Assembly: GCA_905178155.1 (NCBI GenBank)
Contig: CAJINV010000005.1
Location: forward strand, 798,564 to 862,563
Source of the DNA: Amoebophrya sp. A120
Lineage: Eukaryota; Protista; Dinoflagellata
Length of the DNA: 64,000 nucleotides
Direction: 5' to 3'
The notes under the pieces were generated by a model that was not told where the DNA came from, did no database searches, and saw only the letters and a list, made by a program, of their open reading frames with translations. Positions within the stretch are counted from its first letter, which is position 1. Each line of letters starts with the position of its first letter. Position numbers and translations under genes: made by a program. This document shows, piece by piece, positions 54,680 through 64,000 of this stretch.

Positions 54680-57053
54680 TTACCTTCGTTGAGCACGCCA
54701 ATGTTTCCCGAAAAAACTACGGTAGCAAGAAGTGCCTCTCATGGAAACCCGAAGCATACGAGCAACTTTCTGCACCCGGACGATTTCCATGACAACAAAC
54801 TCTAGATCGGAGAAATCTGTACGCAGGAGGATACCAATTGTCGGTGGGGCTTCTTCGGTCGAGACAGGTGATGAAGTGGAAGACGCAGCAGTTTCACCTC
54901 CTAGACACCCCCCGGACGACGCCGAGGCCGAGGACATGTGTTCCATCACCCGGTGCGTCTGTTGCAACTTTTGTTTGACGGTCTCTACAGTTTTCTCAAA
55001 TGTTCCGATCATGCCGATAACACCCCGAATGAACGCATCCGATTGCGTCTTCCCACACGACGTCCATTACAGTGAAAAGTGCCCCCCACCCCTCAAATTG
55101 TGATGCGAAGTTTCCAAAAGAAAACTTTTTGTCATGCATGAAAGGAGTATGAATCTTTCTGATGCAGAGTCTAGGCGTGTATCGCATCGCTTGCATGACA
55201 AGCGCCGCTCTTGCTGGGGTCTTTTGCAATACAAATTTTCGCTATTCACGATTGGAAACCTGTGATGCTGATAGGTGCAAGAGGGCGAAGATTTCATTTG
55301 GAAAGGTTTACAATACAAATTCTTTCAAGTTCGGGGGTGGGGGCATTTTTCATTCTGATAACGTCATCTTCAACACCAGCCCGGCTCTAGTATTGTCATT
55401 GTGCGACATCCCCAACATCAGAGTCAGTAGTGCTCCGACCGTGGAATAAAAACGCTCAAAATTCGGCTGGCGTGACTTTTTTTCCTCTTTGGTTCCGACT
55501 GTTGCGTTTCGTTTCCCGATTTGGCTTTCTAGCTCCGCGAAACGCTCAGCATAAAACCGCTCAGAATCTTCCGGCTGCCGTAACATTTTTCCCTGTTCGG
55601 TCCCGACTGTTGCGTTTCGTTTCCCGATTTGGCTTTCTAACTCTGCGAAACGCTCAGCATAAAACCGGTCAACATCTTCCGGCTGGCGTAAGATCTTTTT
55701 CTGTACCGCACCGCCTGTTGCGTTTTCTTTCCCGCGTTCTTGTAACACCGCGGAACGCTCAGAATCTGCCTCGCGTATTTTTAACATTTTATCCTGTTCG
55801 GCGCCGCCTGTTGGGTTCTTTCCTTTCCTGCTTTCTAACTCCACGTAGAATTGCTGAACTTCCTTTCCAAAGGAAGACACGACCGCCAGCAGAATCTCCT
55901 GTACATCTCCCGCGAAATTGCTCATCGTCATGCCCGCTGCGATTTGTGCTGTTGGGGTGCGGTGCTGACCTTGCTCTTGTCCAGCATCATTTTCATCCCC
56001 ATTCGAAGACATCGAGGAATCATCAGGCGCTTCTCGAATCTCTTCGAATCTTTCCCGGAAGGAAGGCTGTAGGCGACGTCGCGTCTCCAGCTGGGCGCGC
56101 GTGTCACTGACCGACATGCCGTGATCGTGCTGTGCAGGAGTTCCGCGGCGATTCAGAGTCCTTTGATCATCACCTTTCTCTTTTTCCTTTCCATTCGTCC
56201 ACCCCAAGGCAGGACAAAACTTGATCCCATTCTGGGACAAAAACTGGCGCGTTTCTCGCAGATACTTTCGCGTGTACACCGCTGCCTCGCACGTGCCGGC
56301 CAGTTTGTTTTTGTCTCGTAGGCGGAGCAAGTCTTGCACGCGGGTGTCAAAGAAGCTGACGTCAAGCATTTGGTCGAGGGAAAGGCAAAGAGCTCTCTCA
56401 ACGCCTTTGCTACTGTCCTCTTCGTCCCGAAGCTCCGCCGAGCGTAAGGCCTGGGACCATTTTTCCATTTTTGCCACCACGTTCTGGCGTTCGCTCATTT
56501 TCGGTCCTTTATAATAGTTGGAGAGTTTATGAATGGACGCAAGAGTAACGACCGCCTTGCCCGCCGTCCGCGGCGTCCTGTCCCCGTCCATGTCCGAACA
56601 AGCACAAAAATCGTCGCGCGGCAACGGCACCTGGTTTGCGGCCAGCGCTTGGATCGGTGTGTTGTGGGGGAGGACTGCGGGTTGTGGTTGTTCCTCTCGG
56701 TGTTCTACATGGTTCAGCGCGTTGTGGGGGACTGCGGGTTGTGGTTGTTCCTCCCGTTTTTCTCCAACCCTCTCCGCCAGATGGAGGTTTCCCATTTGTA
56801 TCGACAACTGATCAATATCCTCGTCGGCAGGAGCGGGGGAGTTATTTTCACCGGACTGCAAAAGCGCCCCAGCTGCCGCATCGTCCGAACTAGTACTAGT
56901 ACACGGGGCTTGCTGAGAAGTGTCGATAATTTCTGGGGCCGGAGCTGCTGACCGGGAGCGAAACTTTGTACTTTCGATCAGACGCACGCTCGCTAAGGCG
57001 ACAATCGCGGTCATCGACAGCGACTGACTCTTGAGAGTGAGTCTCAATCTCAT
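54680..57053 (-). CDS. Secreted hypothetical protein (~690 aa; exons 57053-55361, 55059-54680), paralog of 58155..59327
   Basis: Signal-like N-terminus; in-frame join KMT|SCGKTQ after element removal; conserved blocks shared with the neighbouring gene. Confidence 0.75.
55065..55360. mobile_element. Introner-like TIR element, family D (296 bp)
   Basis: Reverse-complement match to 34311-34621; TSD acgtc; left end cat instead of tat. Confidence 0.93.
55445..55850 (-). repeat. Coding tandem repeat, ~108-bp (36-aa) unit, 3-4 copies
   Basis: gttgcgttt recurs at 55501, 55609 and 55717; peptide unit RQPEDxxRFYAERFAELESQIGKRNATVGT. Confidence 0.85.
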
Positions 57054-58154
57054 TTTTGACGAATGACGATATAGAAAAAAAGCCTTTAGAATTGAGAGCT
57101 GTGTGGCTGCTATTGCATACATTCACACACCGAGGACACAATCTCGTAAAGAACAACTGACCCACAATTTGAAAAGAAGAAGAAGAGAGTTACAAGAATA
57201 TCAAAGCACTTAAGCCGCAAACAACCTTAAGCTACAACTTACCGTAAACAAGGTGGAAAGAATATATAATCACTTCCCCTGAACGAAGAGAGTATTTCCC
57301 TGAGGTAAATGTCTTTTTCATTGAAGGACTTCGCTGTGATCAACGACTACAGTGACCGTAGCAAAAACATGTAGCTAGACTAGTTACGCTGTCTCAAGAA
57401 CTATTCGATCATGATAGTCAAAAATAACCGCTGCTCCGACAAGATCCAACTGGATAGAGCCAGCCTTTGTCCAACACCAACAGCATCGTGCACCACCATT
57501 TTTTTCGATCAATTGTGCCACCAGCAACCAAAAGCAAGAATATGAATAGCTCCCATCCAGGCGTCGATAAAGATCCAGGAGCGGTTTTTACAGGGATCAA
57601 GTACGGCCAAGAGAGATTGCGCCATGTATTTCGACAGTCCGAGGGAATGTACGAGCTTCGAACACCTCATGTGCTGTTCCAGTCATCATCTTCCCGTGTC
57701 TCGGAAACAAAAAGTCAAAAGGAAAAGCTTCTTCTGCAAACATGACAGCTTCTGGTACGCCGGGCTCTCTTTCCTAGTTCCAGACGCACTTTCTTTCATC
57801 ATTCTAGGCGAAGCTATGCCTTCGTGCTTGCAAAGCTTCGTCATAGACATCCCCATCAACTGTGAAGGACCTGCGGCACCTTTGGCGCATCGGCTAGACT
57901 GCAGTTTGTTTTCCTTTTCGTTTATTGTTTTGGTTTTGCGTCTTTAAAAAATAACTTTTTCAGGAGAACAGCTATTTCACATACACATCCACCGTTCTTT
58001 ACAATATAATTTTTGCGCGCCACTCAGTGGCACATACGAGATGCTCCATGTTGCTGGGACATCTTTCACGATGCGTTGTTGCTGGTGCAACGCTTTTCTG
58101 CAGATCAATCATAGAAGACATCAACGCAGAAGTGTTCATTCCAGTGGAGCGGCT

Positions 58155-59327
58155 TCATTGATTTCTGCGAGATACCAATTGCATTTGCCGTGCTATCTCT
58201 TCTGCGTGCCATGCCAGTGGACCCCGTAAGGGCTCCAAGGGGCTTTCGCACTCTTCCTGCGTGACACGCCGGAGCCACTCCGATTTCGATTGTTGCAGGG
58301 ATGGGTCCTGAATGAATTTACGCGAGGCATAATCGACTTTGCCTTTCATTCCATCTCCGATATCATGCCGCCAGTTCCAATCATGATACTTCTCCATGGT
58401 GAAAGTTTGAAGCCGTTGCACTTTCCTCTCAACGGTATCGACTGTTTCCGCAAATCCAGCAAGCAAGTGCAGCAACTCAGCACTTTTCAAAGTGGCAGCC
58501 TGGTGCCCTCGGCCGATCTTCCCCAGGCCCGGCGCGCACGACGTCATGGTCATCTGCAGATCTGTACTATTCCGCGACATCTCCCCGATCAAGCTCAGAA
58601 GCGCCACGACCTTGTAGGAAAAACGCGCGTAATCTGGCGTCTGGGGCTCTGCCACATCCTCGGGGGGATCATCACGCTCATCGAGAAACGCATTCCTCCA
58701 TAAGTAATGGCTCTTAACTTGAACCTCGAACCTTGACACGACAGACAACAGAGTCTCCTGCGCATGCACCGCAAAATTGTTCTGCGTCAACACGGCATGA
58801 TCACCTTGACAGGCAAAAGCTTCAGCACTTCCTTGCTTTTGATCTCCACACCCGCTCTTCTGTACTAGGAAAGGCAGGAGGTGGGCCACCGTGACACGCT
58901 CGTGCTCGCACTGGAGCTGCGAAAGCCACAAGCTCTTCGACAGTACTTCCTGTCCTCGAGCAGCTTGTTCGTCTTGCTGTGCTACCAACTCCTCGGCAGC
59001 GGAAAAGATCTTTCGTGCCTGTTCGAGGGGGTGCATGTTCGCTGCTGGACAAGTGGCGGACAACTTGTATTTGTCCGGGGCGTTCAGAAGGTCTTGCATG
59101 CGGCTGTCAAAACACTCAAGAGCGAGAACTTCTTTGCCGAGGAATTTCTTGCGCTCTTCTCCTTCTTTCAGGTGGCAGCCTCCCATCTGAAGTGCCAACT
59201 TGCTGATGCACTGCCCCACTTGCTGAGAGCGAGCACGAAATCCCGCACATTCGATCAGACACACATTCCCGAAAGCGAGAATCACGGCCAGTCGTGCCCA
59301 CGCGGATTGGGCGAACCCCAACTTCAT
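58155..59327 (-). CDS. Secreted hypothetical protein (~390 aa), paralog of 54680..57053
   Basis: Signal MKLGFAQSAWARLAVILAFGNVCLIECAG; shared blocks FDSRMQDLL..DKYKLSATC, NFAVHAQETLLSVVSRF and MTSC. Confidence 0.75.
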   Translation of the reverse strand: MKLGFAQSAWARLAVILAFGNVCLIECAGFRARSQQVGQCISKLALQMGGCHLKEGEERKKFLGKEVLALECFDSRMQDLLNAPDKYKLSATCPAANMHPLEQARKIFSAAEELVAQQDEQAARGQEVLSKSLWLSQLQCEHERVTVAHLLPFLVQKSGCGDQKQGSAEAFACQGDHAVLTQNNFAVHAQETLLSVVSRFEVQVKSHYLWRNAFLDERDDPPEDVAEPQTPDYARFSYKVVALLSLIGEMSRNSTDLQMTMTSCAPGLGKIGRGHQAATLKSAELLHLLAGFAETVDTVERKVQRLQTFTMEKYHDWNWRHDIGDGMKGKVDYASRKFIQDPSLQQSKSEWLRRVTQEECESPLEPLRGPLAWHAEEIARQMQLVSRRNQ

Positions 59328-60245
59328 TCTTGATGCTTTTTTGCTATGAATTGACTCGGGTACAATTGATGCGGCTGCGCAAACGTAAAGTAAATACTTA
59401 TAAATTTTTTTTTCATCTAAAACGATAGAAAACAACTTTGTAATCTAATCATACACTTCTTCGACGACTTCAGCCCGTCTCGAGGAGGGGTTTCAAATTA
59501 CGCGAAGTTTGCAAAAAAGCCAATGCGTGCGAAGGAGAAGAAAAATTTGAGTAGTCCAGAAATTCTGCCACAAGTGAAGACTTCTAATCCCTGTATCTTC
59601 ACGATGTCGTTCCAGAGAATCAATTGCAACAGCGCCCTAGCGGTGTTCTATCTTCATCGAAAGACTTTGCGAGTACTTATCCCAGCATCTTCTGGACAAT
59701 CCGTTGATCAAACAGCGATACAACATGTCACTATCCATTCGTCGATGATCGTAACTCGTAGCAAGTTACTGTTCTTTGCCCTAGATCAGATAGAATGACT
59801 GTATGTCAGTCGCCCTAGCACAGAAACAGCAACTCGAAGATCCAGGAACGTTTCAGCACTCACAAGTACGCCGGTGGAACGCTTTTTGCTGCAGGTTATG
59901 TACTTGCACATGAACTACGAGCGATGTCCTGGCTTGTTCGGACATCTGCATTCTTGCAGTGCTGTTCCAATCTACATCTTGCCAGTAGATGTCGTTGTCT
60001 AGATCTAAGTAGTTCTAGTACTCACTTGGATATAAAACGTTCCTTCATAATGCTGGTGCGGTGCTCGCTGTCGCTCCCTTACCAGCACGTCGTGAAAATG
60101 ACTTGTACAGGACCGTCTTTTATTTGCATACGTAGTTCTTTCCTTTCAACATTCGACAAGAAATTCACTTGCGTCGGAAGATAAATTCCGTATCTGGAAT
60201 GGAACTTCTTTGATCGCTTCCTTATCCTCCTGCACTGCGCTTTCG

Positions 60246-63200
60246 TCACTTTTTGTTTTTCAGAAACCGCATTTTGTTCTTCGGCACCCGTACAAACCCG
60301 TGCCTGCCGGACTCGGTGTCCTTGGCGGTGAACGCGTCGAACTCGAATCTCACTTCGTCCGCCTTGAAGAGGTCTTCCTTGACATCCTCCTTAAAGTCGT
60401 CCGCACAGAACTCCCAGGACGCCAATTCCGTGCTGGAAAGCGTTTTCGTATCGAACCCGCGCTCCTCCGTGAAGGGCCCGAGCATGCTGTCGTCTACAAA
60501 CTTTGGCGGAATTGCGATGTGAACCTTGACTCGGTTGAAAGCTTCGGGAAGGGGCGGCCACGTGAACTGGAAAACGCGCCGGGTCTTATTGTTTTTCGCG
60601 GAGGACGACTTTTTCTTACTGTTTGCCGATGTTGTATCTTTGGACCGCGACTTTTCAATAACCGCGACCGAAATAATGCCGAAATCCGGCTTGTCTGCCG
60701 TTTTGGTGTCCTCGCTTGGATTCGGACCCGGATTGTTCACCCCCGAGGACGACGACGAGGAAGGTCTACTTTCATCACGCTGCCCCGCATTTTTCGCAGT
60801 AGTTACGGCAGCGTTTTCAAAACGACGCCCAGCAGCTGCACTTTCAGTGAATCTGGCTTTCACGTTTTTGATTTCCTTGTCCAGTTTCTCGTATAGATCT
60901 CGCAAGAGTGCGCTTTTGTCGGAAAGCGCCTTTTTCTCTTCCTCCCCCAAGTCCGGTAACCTCCTACACAGTCGGTCCGGGTGCACGTCGCGCCACTTTT
61001 TCTTGGCGGCCTCCAGCAGCGCGGTTGCCTCAGTCGTGGACTCGTCAGTTGTAAGCAGGTGCTGTGATCCCAACTCATCGTCCACGTTTTGTATGTCCAT
61101 GTGGATTTGCATGTCCGAAATGAAGGTGTCCACCTCAATGCGAAGCTGGTTATACGCCTGCAATGCTCCGGAATTTTTGTCGTCCGCGCTTTGATGGAGA
61201 TGATCCTGCTTCTTACTTGGCTTTAATATTTTTTTCTGTTCATCTTGATGTTTTTTACTCGAAGGCCCTTTCTGCTTCTCATCTGGTGCCACCGTTTTCA
61301 ACTTTGCCTTACTTGTTCCCTTGTTCTTCTGTCTAAGCCGTTCTACTTCGTCATTAACCTCGGCGGAAGATGATTTGCTGTCCATTTCACTGTCGCTACT
61401 ACTTTCTACCTCTCGTTCGACATGATCTGGTTTTATTTTCCCCTTGCCCGCAGGTCTGCTACCGCCAGCGACGTGTAGTTTTGGCTTCGGTTGCGCCTCG
61501 GCTTTCATCTTATTGTTCTGTGCGGCCTTTGTTCCAGGATGTGTTTTCGGCTGCGCTGTTGCTTTCACCGCTGGTTCTATTTTCGGAACACCTGCTTGTT
61601 TCGGCGCGGAACTCATTTTCCGTTCTCTTGTTCTTTGACCCTGAGCTTCCTTCCCCGCTGCTTGCTTTGGTGGAAGTTTTTGCTCGGGCAGCGATTCCGG
61701 TTGATGTTCGGCATTGTCAGACTCAGACTTTCCCCCCGCCTCACTATCAGAGGAAGACGACTCTTCATCCTGGTATGCTCCGTCTTGCTTTATGTGCTGC
61801 TGCGGCACAAACCCAGCTTGCGGAAAGCCTGTTGGCGAGAAGGCGTCCGGCTGGTGGTAGATAAGCCGATCGTTGTGAAGGAGACCCGAAACTGCAGCTG
61901 CTGATGTTGGTCGTGCTCCAGGAAAATTCTGTTCCGCCGGGTTCAAAGACCTACCACCTTGATGTTCTCTGGGAAGTAAAAATTGCTGTCCAGGAAGAGG
62001 ATCTTGGTGAACAGGCGGCACAGAACCAAAAACGCGCTCCTGTAGCTTCGGGAGGGGTGGCGTTCCAGAAGACGAAGAGGACTTTTCGCGGCCCAGCGGA
62101 GCTTCGCCGGCTAAGTGATCCAGCTCGGGAATAGAGCTATCGGAAGCTGCGATCGACGGGGAGCGATCGCGAATCGGATAATGTTGACCTGGGTTCATTT
62201 TACCTATGTTGCCCACGACCTCTGGTCGTGGCAACAATAAAGCGTGCTGCTTCTGGTGATGTTGCGGAGCTTGCATGTGCTGCAGCTGCTGCGCTTGTCG
62301 TATCTGCGCTATCCTAGGATCCTCATTTTCTTGGTTATTCTGCTCCAGCATCGCATTCTGCAGATTGTGCGCACCGGCCCAAGAAAACCGACTTCTCTTC
62401 TGCTCAACAACTTGCGGTGAATTCGGCTTTGCTTTGGCTTTCTCCTTCGATGCGCCTCCCGCTGCGGAAAGAGCACCTCCGCGTTTCTTGTCTTTCTTCA
62501 CCGGCGCAGCGACTCCACCTGTTTCTCCTTGTTCTTTTGGCAAGAACCTTCCGCCCGGGCCACGCTTCGGCAAAGCATTTTGCCGACCGGGCTGCGCTTT
62601 CGGTTTCGCTCGCGCCCGAAATGCCGCAGCTATTGCCTCATTAGCCCTTGTCTTCGCTGCTCGGGTCCTTCTTCTTTTCACGGGCGGCTCGTCGCTTTGT
62701 GATTTTTCCCGGGAAGAACTACGATTTCTTTGACGGAGCAATTGATTCTGTAGCTGTGCACTGTGCTGTTCGTCCTCCGGAGGGTTCTGCGGAGATGACG
62801 ACGAGGAAGTAGAGTTTTCGCTTTCATCGTCGTTTTCCTCTCGGATATTCCTGTTGTTCATTCCCCCGCGGCCCGGAGCTTCCTCGTCGCTGCTCGAATC
62901 TTCTGCCGATTCCCCTCTGTTGTGTGATGCGCCCGGAGCAGCTCCATTTCTATCGTCGCTGCTCGAGCTCGCCTCTTCTGCCGATTCCTCTTGTTCAACT
63001 GGAGCCGAACCGCTCGAATTCCGCTGTAGTTGCTGCGGGCGACCTGGCGCACCATCATCTTCACTGTCCTCACTTGAAGACACAGCGGCATCTTGTTCCT
63101 GCTTCCGCGCCAAAAACTTCTCTTCCGGCAAATTCATCTCTGCCGGTGATTTTTGCTGTGGTTCTACTTCGGGCACCGCGGGTTGCTGCTGCTCCTGCTG

Positions 63201-63989
63201 CAGTTCCTGTTGCTGCAACTGCAACTCCTTGTCCTCTACTGCTTCCATAATCAAGTCTTGACTCTGATTCCTCTTCCGAGGTCGCCCGGGGCCGCGCTTC
63301 ACTTGGTGCTCATCGTGCTGGTGCATGCGTGGCCGGCCACGGCCACGTTTTGCCTGCGGCTCTTGAAACAGCTGCTCTTCCCCCTGCTGCATGCGCGGGC
63401 GGCCACGGCCGCGCTTCGATGCACCATCACCACGCGCAGGCGGCAGCACAGGGACTTGTCCGGCCTGACCCCCTTTGCTTGTAGTTGGTGCAGCCTCTAG
63501 TAGATTTTTGGTCGGCTGGTGACTGTGCTGGCTCTGACGAGGCTCGTCTCCTACTGCTGCAGCGAAAAAGTCGGGCGATCCAACGACGTTAGACCGATTC
63601 TGAGGCTGAAATTGTGGTTGAGGTTGAAACTGTTGTGAGGACTCAAGCTGCTGCTGAGGCTGCTGTTCTTGTTCTTTCCCCTGCATTTTCCGTACCGCCT
63701 GCTGGTCTCGCCCCTGCCGCCCTAATGTTTGCATTTCATTTCCAGGATGGTGCGGCCGCTGTTGCAGAGGTACTACATCACGGGGATCAACATTCATCTG
63801 GGCAGCACGCCGTCGTGCTTGATGATGCTCAAGCTCCATATCCATTTGCGAGTGCTGCTGCATATGCTGTAACTGCCCCATCTGAACAGGTACCCCAGCA
63901 GCACCTGCGTGCCGCGAAGACGACGACGAGGAAGAGCCGCCGCGGCGCTGGACCACGTTCATACTCTCGTCCTGATGAAACATCAACAC
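60246..63989 (-). CDS. Large low-complexity protein with three AT-hooks and a J-domain-like HPD segment; may extend beyond the window
   Basis: KRGRGRPR twice and KRGPGRPRK (~63275-63420); AAKKKWRDVHPDR...LRDLYEKL (~60880-61020). Confidence 0.75.
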   Translation of the reverse strand: MLMFHQDESMNVVQRRGGSSSSSSSRHAGAAGVPVQMGQLQHMQQHSQMDMELEHHQARRRAAQMNVDPRDVVPLQQRPHHPGNEMQTLGRQGRDQQAVRKMQGKEQEQQPQQQLESSQQFQPQPQFQPQNRSNVVGSPDFFAAAVGDEPRQSQHSHQPTKNLLEAAPTTSKGGQAGQVPVLPPARGDGASKRGRGRPRMQQGEEQLFQEPQAKRGRGRPRMHQHDEHQVKRGPGRPRKRNQSQDLIMEAVEDKELQLQQQELQQEQQQPAVPEVEPQQKSPAEMNLPEEKFLARKQEQDAAVSSSEDSEDDGAPGRPQQLQRNSSGSAPVEQEESAEEASSSSDDRNGAAPGASHNRGESAEDSSSDEEAPGRGGMNNRNIREENDDESENSTSSSSSPQNPPEDEQHSAQLQNQLLRQRNRSSSREKSQSDEPPVKRRRTRAAKTRANEAIAAAFRARAKPKAQPGRQNALPKRGPGGRFLPKEQGETGGVAAPVKKDKKRGGALSAAGGASKEKAKAKPNSPQVVEQKRSRFSWAGAHNLQNAMLEQNNQENEDPRIAQIRQAQQLQHMQAPQHHQKQHALLLPRPEVVGNIGKMNPGQHYPIRDRSPSIAASDSSIPELDHLAGEAPLGREKSSSSSGTPPLPKLQERVFGSVPPVHQDPLPGQQFLLPREHQGGRSLNPAEQNFPGARPTSAAAVSGLLHNDRLIYHQPDAFSPTGFPQAGFVPQQHIKQDGAYQDEESSSSDSEAGGKSESDNAEHQPESLPEQKLPPKQAAGKEAQGQRTRERKMSSAPKQAGVPKIEPAVKATAQPKTHPGTKAAQNNKMKAEAQPKPKLHVAGGSRPAGKGKIKPDHVEREVESSSDSEMDSKSSSAEVNDEVERLRQKNKGTSKAKLKTVAPDEKQKGPSSKKHQDEQKKILKPSKKQDHLHQSADDKNSGALQAYNQLRIEVDTFISDMQIHMDIQNVDDELGSQHLLTTDESTTEATALLEAAKKKWRDVHPDRLCRRLPDLGEEEKKALSDKSALLRDLYEKLDKEIKNVKARFTESAAAGRRFENAAVTTAKNAGQRDESRPSSSSSSGVNNPGPNPSEDTKTADKPDFGIISVAVIEKSRSKDTTSANSKKKSSSAKNNKTRRVFQFTWPPLPEAFNRVKVHIAIPPKFVDDSMLGPFTEERGFDTKTLSSTELASWEFCADDFKEDVKEDLFKADEVRFEFDAFTAKDTESGRHGFVRVPKNKMRFLKNKK

Positions 63990-64000
63990 GCCATCCGCAG

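Noticed and set aside
56575-56606. CSDMDGDR motif in the secreted protein next to RdRP copy 2, resembling a third RdRP catalytic site
   Set aside because: No other RdRP motifs surround it, it lies in a low-complexity region, and the paralog lacks it. Probably chance.

Overview
Eukaryotic, gene-dense genomic DNA, most likely from an alveolate parasite of the Amoebophrya/Syndiniales type. This is inferred from an alveolate-type NEDD8, co-oriented genes and invasive inverted-repeat introns. Every gene I can support lies on the minus strand. Three things stand out. (1) Sixteen 209-311 bp terminal-inverted-repeat (TIR) elements of about 6 sequence families, nearly all bounded by TAT...ATA and flanked by a 5-bp target-site duplication (TSD). 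They sit in coding sequence in either orientation and restore the reading frame when excised with one TSD copy, so they behave as introner-type non-canonical introns. Ten of them occur as close pairs 47-70 bp apart. (2) Two divergent eukaryotic RNA-dependent RNA polymerases. One appears to splice in frame into a downstream ATG-less ORF encoding a GT8 glycosyltransferase plus a DUF3223/DeCL domain. (3) A signal-peptide, C-terminally membrane-anchored protein kinase assembled across three introners. Also present: RbfA, NEDD8, an RCC1-repeat gene, an EF-hand gene, an AT-hook/J-domain protein, a pair of secreted paralogs and a 1.3 kb non-autonomous TIR element with a TAA TSD. All calls come from reading motifs by eye; no searches were run.
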